The notes under the pieces: generated by a model
The model's database searches: none
What the model saw: only the letters and a program-made list of their open reading frames with translations
Told to the model about the DNA's origin: nothing
Program-made: the position numbers and the translations under genes
Shown: positions 57,591 through 64,000 of the stretch, one piece after another
Numbering within the stretch: position 1 is the first letter of the stretch
Layout of the letters: each line of letters opens with the position of its first letter
Source of the DNA: an uncultured Alphaproteobacteria bacterium
GTDB taxonomy: Bacteria > Pseudomonadota > Alphaproteobacteria > ATCC43930 > CGMCC-115725
Assembly (NCBI GenBank): GCA_963695605.1
Contig: CAVOHI010000013.1
Coordinates: 9,598 to 73,597, forward strand
Length of the DNA: 64,000 nt
Direction of reading: 5' to 3'

Positions 57591-59087
57591 CTAGTTGGCT
57601 TGGCGGCGCAGGAATGCGGGGATGTCGAGCAGGTCGTCTTCCCTGCTCAAATTGGGCCGATCGTCCGGCTCCAGCGGCGCCAGCCGGGGTTGGGCATTCG
57701 GCTGACTGGCCGGCTTCCCCGCCTGGACGGACGGGCGCGGCGGGGGCTCCGGCGCTGGTGCACGAGCGCGGCCCACTCCGGTCACCCGCTCGATCAGGCT
57801 GGGTACTCGCCCTTTCGGCTTCGGTGCGGCTTCTTTGGCGGCTGGGGGAACGGCGGGCTGGGTCAGCGGGACCGGGCGCGCCGCCCCGGCATCGGCCGGT
57901 TTGGGCGCGATGAAGGCACCGTTCCGTATTGCCGCAGTCTCAGCCGCTTCCGCCGCCTGCGGCAGCGGTTCGCTGTCGAACTCCGGTCGCGGCTTGGTCG
58001 ATTGCGCCGCATTCTGCGTGAGCACGGGCTGGGTGTAGCCGCCCGTCGTGGCTTCGCGCAGCGGGGGGACCGAATCGCGGCTGCTGACCAGGCTGATCGC
58101 CGGGCGCGGCTGCGCGACCGCTTCGGCGTCGATGCCTGTGGCGACGACGGAAATCCGCATCTTCCCTTCGAGCCTCTCGTCAAAGGTCGAACCAAAGATA
58201 ATGTTGGCCTCCGGATCGACCTCCTCGCGAATGCGATTGGCGGCCTCGTCGACCTCGAACAACGTCATATCGAGACCGCCGGTAATGTTGATGAGGACGC
58301 CTCTGGCGCCCTTCATCGATACGTCTTCGAGCAGCGGGTTCGAGATCGCGGCCTCGGCGGCATCGGTCGCCCGCTTCTCGCCTTCGGCCTCGCCGGTTCC
58401 CATCATCGCCTTGCCCATCTCGCCCATGACGGTGCGAATGTCGGCAAAGTCGAGATTGATGAGGCCGGGCATGACCATTAGGTCGGTAACGCCGCGCACC
58501 CCCGAATGGAGCACGTCGTCCGCCATCTTGAAGGCGTCCGCAAAGGTCGTGCGCTCGTTGGCGATGCGGAAGAGGTTCTGGTTCGGAATGATGATCAAGG
58601 TGTCGACAAATTTCTGCAGTTCCTCGATGCCGGCCTCGGCGCTGCGCATCCGATGGCTGCCCTCGAAATGAAACGGCTTCGTCACCACACCGACGGTCAG
58701 AATCCCCGATTCGCGCGCGATCCGTGCAATCACCGGAGCGCCCCCGGTGCCGGTTCCCCCGCCCATGCCGGCGGTGATGAACACCATGTTGGAGCCGCCC
58801 ATCGCCTCGAGGATGTCGTCGAGCGCCTCCTCGGCCGCAGCCCGCCCGACATCGGGGCGTGAGCCGGCGCCGAGCCCGCGGGTGACGCCGATCCCCATCT
58901 GGATTTTGCGCGGGGCGCTCGATTGCAGGAGCGCCTGCGCGTCGGTGTTGCAGACGACGAATTCACAACCGATCAAATTCGAGCGGATCATGTTGTTGAC
59001 GGCGTTCCCCCCGGCGCCGCCGACCCCGACCACCGTAATGCGGGGTTTCATCTCGTGCTCGTCCCTCGGGATGCTCAGATTGATCAT
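57591..59087 (-). CDS. ftsZ: Cell division protein FtsZ
   Basis: [20 protein letters not shown]...[13 protein letters not shown]..., a long Pro/Ala-rich linker, and the C-terminal [13 protein letters not shown] peptide. Confidence 0.97.
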   Translation of the reverse strand: MINLSIPRDEHEMKPRITVVGVGGAGGNAVNNMIRSNLIGCEFVVCNTDAQALLQSSAPRKIQMGIGVTRGLGAGSRPDVGRAAAEEALDDILEAMGGSNMVFITAGMGGGTGTGGAPVIARIARESGILTVGVVTKPFHFEGSHRMRSAEAGIEELQKFVDTLIIIPNQNLFRIANERTTFADAFKMADDVLHSGVRGVTDLMVMPGLINLDFADIRTVMGEMGKAMMGTGEAEGEKRATDAAEAAISNPLLEDVSMKGARGVLINITGGLDMTLFEVDEAANRIREEVDPEANIIFGSTFDERLEGKMRISVVATGIDAEAVAQPRPAISLVSSRDSVPPLREATTGGYTQPVLTQNAAQSTKPRPEFDSEPLPQAAEAAETAAIRNGAFIAPKPADAGAARPVPLTQPAVPPAAKEAAPKPKGRVPSLIERVTGVGRARAPAPEPPPRPSVQAGKPASQPNAQPRLAPLEPDDRPNLSREDDLLDIPAFLRRQAN

Positions 59088-59190
59088 GCGGTCCCCTCCA
59101 CTGCTGTGCCCCTAACGACACCCGGTCCGGTCCGGGCTCCCCCTCGCTGGCTCACGCTGTGGCCGGGCGAGCTACAAGTCGAATTCTGCC

Positions 59191-60525
59191 TCAAAAATTG
59201 TCCTTCAGCCAATGCCCCAATCGGCCGAAAACACCCCATCGTGGACCCTCCAGGCTGCGCCTTGCACCCGAGATCTCGGCGCGCTCGGATAGGGCGAAAT
59301 GCAGTAGCCCAGCGGTCGTCGCAAAGGCCGGACCACCAGTCGCCTCCGCGAGGCCCGACACCCGCTGCGGCCGCCCCATCCGCACCTGTTTATCCAAGAT
59401 CAGTCCGGCGAACTCGCGCGCCCCGTGCAGCTGGCAAGCCCCGCCGGTCAGCACGACACGCCGGCCCGCGACTTTGTCGAAGCCGCTCGCCTCCAGCCGA
59501 TTGCGCACCAGCTCGAAGGTCTCCTCAATGCGCGGCGCGATGATGCCGACGAGCAGGGATTTTGGCACATGGTTGACATGCCCCTCCTCTTCCTCGCCGA
59601 TTTGCGGGACCGCAATCATCTCGCGCTCGTCTGTGCTCGCTGAAATCGCTGTGCCGAACAACGTCTTCATGCGTTCGGCGTGGGCGACCCCGGTCGAGAG
59701 CCCGCGGGCGATGTCGTTGGTGACATGCATGCCGCCGACCGGCACGTAATCGGCAAAAATCAAATTCCCGTCGAAGAACACGCCGATCGTCGTCGTTCCG
59801 CCGCCCATGTCGATAACCGTTACGCCGAGACCGATCTCGTCCTCTACGAGACTGGAGAGTCCCGAGGCATAGGGGCTGACAACGAGAGCCTCCACCTCGA
59901 GATGCGAGCGTCCAACGGCGGCGGTGTGGTTGCGCACGCTGGCTGAGCTTGCCGTCACCACATGCATATTGACCCCGAGCCGCTCGCCGAGCATGCCGCG
60001 CGGATCGCGGATGCCGCGGCTGTCGTCAACCGAAAAGCCCACCGGGACGGAATGGATAATCTGGCGATCGCCCGGCTCGCGCATCAAATACCCGTGCTCG
60101 AGTACCCGCCGCATCTCCGCATCGGTGATCTCGCGCCCGGTGATGTCGATTTCCGCCTTGATGATCCGTGAGGCGGAGAAACCGCCGGACAGGTTTGCCA
60201 CGACACGCTCTATCGTCTCGCCGGCCATCTCCTCGGCGGCGTGCACCGCATTCAGCACGGAGGTACCGGTCGCCTCTAGGTCGACAATTCCCCCGTTGCG
60301 CACGCCACGCGAGATCTGATGACCAATCCCGAGAACCCGGGGCCTATCGTCCTCGACCCGTGCGATAAAGCAGCAAATCTTTGTGGTGCCGATATCGAGG
60401 GCGGTGATCAAGCTGCCGCGGGGCCGTGTCGCCGGTCTGCGGGGTTTCGCCTGGCCATCGGCTTCGTTCTTTGCCGCTTTTCGGGCGCCCTTCGCGCGAG
60501 TCGGCGCTTCATCCACTGTGGTCAT
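59191..60525 (-). CDS. ftsA: Cell division protein FtsA
   Basis: LITALDIGTTKICCFIA...VIDMGGGTTTIGVF...VVLTGGACQLHGAREFA. The ATG at 60525 overlaps the ftsQ stop (ATGA). The longer track ORF is an Arg-rich extension into ftsQ. Confidence 0.93.
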   Translation of the reverse strand: MTTVDEAPTRAKGARKAAKNEADGQAKPRRPATRPRGSLITALDIGTTKICCFIARVEDDRPRVLGIGHQISRGVRNGGIVDLEATGTSVLNAVHAAEEMAGETIERVVANLSGGFSASRIIKAEIDITGREITDAEMRRVLEHGYLMREPGDRQIIHSVPVGFSVDDSRGIRDPRGMLGERLGVNMHVVTASSASVRNHTAAVGRSHLEVEALVVSPYASGLSSLVEDEIGLGVTVIDMGGGTTTIGVFFDGNLIFADYVPVGGMHVTNDIARGLSTGVAHAERMKTLFGTAISASTDEREMIAVPQIGEEEEGHVNHVPKSLLVGIIAPRIEETFELVRNRLEASGFDKVAGRRVVLTGGACQLHGAREFAGLILDKQVRMGRPQRVSGLAEATGGPAFATTAGLLHFALSERAEISGARRSLEGPRWGVFGRLGHWLKDNF

Positions 60526-61388
60526 GTGTTCTTCGCCGATGGGCGTCCCTTCTTGGTTGTCGGCGATGTCGGCGGTTCTTTCGGCACCTCCGGGTTGACC
60601 CGCAGAACCAGCCGATCCGGGAGGCGCACATCGACGGTCTGCACGTCGCGCTTCAGGATGGCGCTCGATCGCTCGAGCCGGGCGAGCTGAGCCCAGGCGC
60701 CGGCCGGCGCCTCGGCCGGGAGGAGGACATCGATCGCGTTGTCGATGCGCAAGTTCCAGCGGCGGTCGCCAACCCGGATCGCGGCACTGACGCGAGCGGC
60801 GAGCTCGGGCTCGGTCGCCAGTATGTCGAGCAGATCCGCGGCATGTCCCGCCGCACCTTCGCCGACAACCAACGGCAGCTTGGCAAAGCGGTCGAGCCGG
60901 GTCACCGGGATGACGCTGCCCTCGCGGTCGATCAGCTCGAGCTCGCCGCCGTGCTGCCAAAGGGCGAGCGGTTTGCGCTCGACGAGGCGCACGTAGAGCG
61001 TGTCCGGCAGGCGGCGCTCGACCACCGCGGAGCGAACCCAGGGCAAAGTCTCGAGTTGTTCCTTGGCCCGCCTCGGGCTCATGGCCAGAATGGGCGTGCC
61101 GGGGCCGGTGCCGAGCGCAGCGAGGATCGTCTCGCGATCCGTCGTTTCGCGTCCTTCGACTTTGATGTCAGTCACCACCAACCCCAGCCGCGCGGTGCCG
61201 TCGAGCATCCGGTCGGCCGTATACTGCAGCGCCGTTTGGCCGAGGGGCGAGCGGCTCAGCTGAACGGCTGCGTACAACCCGGCCGCCAACAAAACCGGGA
61301 TGCCGACCCACAGGCTCACGCGGCGGAGGAGGGTAGAGAGACGGCCGCGTCGCGGGCGTCGCGGTGCCGACCCCTTCATCCGTCGCAT
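60522..61388 (-). CDS. ftsQ: Cell division protein FtsQ
   Basis: [15 protein letters not shown], a TM helix ([19 protein letters not shown]), and POTRA/FtsQ domains ([21 protein letters not shown]...[31 protein letters not shown]). The ATG at 61388 overlaps the 3' end of ddl by 13 nt. Confidence 0.85.
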   Translation of the reverse strand: MRRMKGSAPRRPRRGRLSTLLRRVSLWVGIPVLLAAGLYAAVQLSRSPLGQTALQYTADRMLDGTARLGLVVTDIKVEGRETTDRETILAALGTGPGTPILAMSPRRAKEQLETLPWVRSAVVERRLPDTLYVRLVERKPLALWQHGGELELIDREGSVIPVTRLDRFAKLPLVVGEGAAGHAADLLDILATEPELAARVSAAIRVGDRRWNLRIDNAIDVLLPAEAPAGAWAQLARLERSSAILKRDVQTVDVRLPDRLVLRVNPEVPKEPPTSPTTKKGRPSAKNT

Positions 61389-62296
61389 GACGCATTCTCC
61401 ACCATCCAGGCGACCAGCTCGTCGAAGCCGATGCCAACATGACGAGCGATATCGGGCACCAGTGAAGTCGGCGTCATCCCTGGTTGCGTGTTCACCTCGA
61501 GGAGATAGAGACAACCGCAACCTTCCGGCGTGTCGTCATAGCGCAAATCGGCGCGGCTGACGCCGCGGCAACCGAGCGCGCGATGCGCCCGCAAGCCGAT
61601 GTCGAGCGCCTCTTCATAGACCGCCGGCGGAACCGGCGCCGGTGTCAGATGATCCGATCCGCCCGCCGTGTATTTCGCGGTGTAATCGTAAAAGCTGCCG
61701 CGCGGGACGATCTCACAGGCGCCGAGTGCCCGGTCCCCCATCACCGCCACCGTGAGCTCTCGCCCGGGGACAAAGCGTTCGATCAGCAACTCGGCGCCGT
61801 AGCACCACTCCATTACCTCCTCGCGCCAGGAATTGTCGTTGATCCGCACGATCCGCACGCCGACGCTCGATCCCTGATTGGTCGGCTTGACCACAAAGGG
61901 AGTCGGCATCGGGTCGCTCTCGAGCAGCATTTCGCGGCTGGCGACTACGCCTTCGGCGACGGGCAGGCCGGCATCGCGGAATACCGCCTTCGCCGTCGGC
62001 TTATGCATCGCCATGGCCGAGGCGAGGACGCCCGAATGGGTGTAGGGGATCCCCAGCATCTCGAACACGCCCTGAACGGTGCCGTCTTCCCCGCCGACGC
62101 CATGCAATGCGTTGAAGATCAAGTCGGGGCGGGGGTCCAGCGCGCGCATCAGCCCCGGCAAATTACGGCCGACATCGATGGTCCGCACCTCGTAGCCGCG
62201 CTCCACCAGCGCCTTGGCGCATTCGCGCCCGCTCGACAGCGAAACCGCGCGCTCAGGTGACCACCCGCCCATCACCACCGCCACGGTTTTGGTCAA
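61376..62296 (-). CDS. ddl: D-alanine--D-alanine ligase
   Basis: (M)[22 protein letters not shown]...[16 protein letters not shown]...[11 protein letters not shown]...[17 protein letters not shown]. The TTG at 62296 overlaps the murB TGA (TTGA). Confidence 0.9.
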   Translation of the reverse strand: MTKTVAVVMGGWSPERAVSLSSGRECAKALVERGYEVRTIDVGRNLPGLMRALDPRPDLIFNALHGVGGEDGTVQGVFEMLGIPYTHSGVLASAMAMHKPTAKAVFRDAGLPVAEGVVASREMLLESDPMPTPFVVKPTNQGSSVGVRIVRINDNSWREEVMEWCYGAELLIERFVPGRELTVAVMGDRALGACEIVPRGSFYDYTAKYTAGGSDHLTPAPVPPAVYEEALDIGLRAHRALGCRGVSRADLRYDDTPEGCGCLYLLEVNTQPGMTPTSLVPDIARHVGIGFDELVAWMVENASCDG

Positions 62297-63345
62297 GGAG
62301 CCCCCTCGGCTTGTATTGCCGTCACGCCCGCGAAAGCGAGGGCCCAGGGCGTGCCTCTGAGCGCAACAGGAGGGCCAGCGGTCCAGCCGGATGGGCCAGT
62401 GGATTCCCGCTTTCGCGTGAAAGACGAGTTCATATCCTGCATCTCGAAGTTCGAACAGCCGATGCGCTCGATTTCCCACTCCAGCAAAATCCCGGAGATG
62501 TCGTGAACGCGGCGCCTGACCTCTTCGCCGAGGCCCTCGAGATCGGCCGCTGTGGCGGTGCCGGTGTTGACCAGAAAATTGGCGTGCTGCTGCGACACCA
62601 TTGCTCCGCCGCGGACGAGACCTCGACAGCCGGCGGCATCGATCAGGCGCCACGCGCTTTCGCCAGGTGGATTTTTGAATGTCGATCCGCCGGTACGGGC
62701 GCGCACCGGCTGCGTCGCTTCCCGGGCGGCGCGGATCTCGTCGAGCCGGCGGCTAATCGCAGCGCGATCCCCGGGAGCGCCGCGCAGCCGAGCTTCAATA
62801 ATCACCCAGCTCGGATCGACATTGCTGTGGCGGTAGGAGAGCCCCATCGCCCGGTTGTCGACGGTATAGGTCTTGCCGGTGCGGTCGAGTGCGATCGCCG
62901 AAACGAGCACATCCTTGATTTCCCGGCCATAGGCTCCGGCGTTCATTCGCAGGCTGCCGCCGACCGAGCCGGGGATGCCCGAAAGGAACTCAACCCCGCC
63001 CAACCCCGCATCGGCCGCGGCAAAGGCGACGATGCGGCCGAGAGCCGCCGCGCCGGCGCGGACCTCCTCGTGCTCGATCTCGATCGCCGCGAACCCGCGC
63101 CCGAGTCGGATCACGACGCCGGGAATGCCGCCGTCGCGCACCAGCAGGTTCGAGCCTACCCCGATCACGGTCACCGGGATCCTCGGCGGCAAGGACGCGA
63201 AAAACCCGGCGAGATCGGCAAGGTCGGCAGGTCGGAACAAAACCTCGGCGGTGCCTCCGACGCCAAACCAGGTCTGCTTGCCGATCGCCGCATCCGCGGT
63301 CAACCGGCCGCGTACCGGAGGGAGCCGCGCAATGAACGAGTTCAC
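62293..63345 (-). CDS. murB: UDP-N-acetylenolpyruvoylglucosamine reductase with an atypical ~55-aa C-terminal tail
   Basis: [27 protein letters not shown]...[12 protein letters not shown]...GIPGSVGG...[10 protein letters not shown]...LEWEIERIG. The ORF then continues through a REP-like sequence to 62293. The GTG at 63345 overlaps the murC TGA. Confidence 0.86.
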   Translation of the reverse strand: MNSFIARLPPVRGRLTADAAIGKQTWFGVGGTAEVLFRPADLADLAGFFASLPPRIPVTVIGVGSNLLVRDGGIPGVVIRLGRGFAAIEIEHEEVRAGAAALGRIVAFAAADAGLGGVEFLSGIPGSVGGSLRMNAGAYGREIKDVLVSAIALDRTGKTYTVDNRAMGLSYRHSNVDPSWVIIEARLRGAPGDRAAISRRLDEIRAAREATQPVRARTGGSTFKNPPGESAWRLIDAAGCRGLVRGGAMVSQQHANFLVNTGTATAADLEGLGEEVRRRVHDISGILLEWEIERIGCSNFEMQDMNSSFTRKRESTGPSGWTAGPPVALRGTPWALAFAGVTAIQAEGAP

Positions 63346-64000
63346 GCCACGCGACTCGGCGATTGCAGCGCCGCAAGATCGGCCGGCAAACTGTTGGCCC
63401 AGCCGGTGATCGACCCAGCGCCCAGGCAAACCACCATATCGTCGGGGCGCGCCAGCTCCCGGATCATCGAAGGCAACTCGGTCGGATCGGCCAAGGGGCG
63501 GGCGTTGCGATGGCCATGCTCGATCAACCCGGCAACCAGAGCGTCGCGGCTGACGCCCTCAATTGGCGCCTCCCCGGCCGCATAGATGTCCGCGACCAAA
63601 ACGACTTCGGCGTCGTTGAAGCAGGTGCAGAACCCGTCGAAAAGATGCAAGACGCGCGTATACCGATGTGGCTGGACGACGGCGATCACCTTTCCCGCAA
63701 CGATCGCGCGCGCCGCCTTCAGAACCGCTGCGATCTCGACCGGGTGGTGGCCGTAATCATCGATGACGGTGACGCCGTTCCACTCGCCGGTTTGCGTAAA
63801 TCTACGTTTTACACCCTTGAAATTGTAAAGCGCGGCCCGCAGGGCGTCGTCGCCGAGCGCCATCGCCTCGGCTACCGCCGCTGCGGCAAGCGAGTTTTGC
63901 ACATTGTGGTGGCCGAACATCGGCAGAAAGAGATCCGCAATCGTGCGCCCCCGATCCATCAGCGCGTCGGAGATCACGATGTCGTACCGGGCGCCGTCCG
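63342..64000 (-). CDS. murC: UDP-N-acetylmuramate--L-alanine ligase, C-terminal part; continues past the right edge
   Basis: [18 protein letters not shown]...FKGVKRRFT...[19 protein letters not shown]...VVQPHRYTR...IYAAGE. Confidence 0.92.
   Translation of the reverse strand, partial: DGARYDIVISDALMDRGRTIADLFLPMFGHHNVQNSLAAAAVAEAMALGDDALRAALYNFKGVKRRFTQTGEWNGVTVIDDYGHHPVEIAAVLKAARAIVAGKVIAVVQPHRYTRVLHLFDGFCTCFNDAEVVLVADIYAAGEAPIEGVSRDALVAGLIEHGHRNARPLADPTELPSMIRELARPDDMVVCLGAGSITGWANSLPADLAALQSPSRVA

Noticed and set aside
59191-60960. N-terminally extended versions of ftsA (to 60960), ddl (to 62653), murB (to 63429), qor (from 6819), ccmE (from 47326), hemH (to 11252), bamD (to 56262) and hldE (from 23339)
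   Set aside because: The extensions are Arg-rich, overlap the upstream gene, and are absent from the conserved family N-termini. The internal starts give canonical N-termini and classic overlap or ribosome-binding-site contexts.

Overview
High-GC alphaproteobacterial (Rhizobiales-like) core-chromosome window of about 70 genes. No rRNA, tRNA, CRISPR, transposase or integrase genes were seen. Left to right:

- A minus-strand accessory operon: Trx-like ferredoxin, CMD-family protein, Rieske oxygenase, amidohydrolase, M15 peptidase, CoA-binding/MetY.
- yyaL-like thioredoxin protein, qor, rho.
- The replication-origin neighbourhood conserved in alphaproteobacteria: hemJ-hemH-hemE, then a ~400-bp AT-rich gap with DnaA-box-like motifs, then DUF299 kinase/pyrophosphorylase, maf, aroE, coaE, dnaQ, secB, tim44-like, mltA.
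- A lutABC operon carrying a scar-like diverged duplication of the lutA/lutB junction.
- smr, hldE, mmcB, a SbmA/BacA-type ABC protein, lysS.
- An orphan NitT/TauT-like ABC system.
- cobS, a 2OG oxygenase, a PagL-like deacylase, a coiled-coil porin, a LysR regulator, a PaaK-like ligase.
- ccmABCDEG, rlmN, a NEW3-domain protein with an ABC-2 exporter, bamD, lpxC.
- The distal dcw cluster: ftsZ-ftsA-ftsQ-ddl-murB-murC.

The most unusual locus lies at 32.7-37.7 kb, between the orphan ABC system and cobS. It is a partner-switching module with no sigma factor. It comprises a STAS domain fused to an MBL-fold hydrolase, a translationally coupled CHASE2-PP2C sensor phosphatase, a FecR-domain protein, an OmpA-like lipoprotein and an RsbW-like kinase.

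Major caveat: at least 17 single-nucleotide frame disruptions interrupt otherwise conserved genes, including essential hemH. Almost all run in the same (+1) direction and sit at short homopolymers, which points to assembly indel errors rather than real pseudogenes. Every call is from by-eye motif recognition on the supplied translations and my own translations. No database search was possible.
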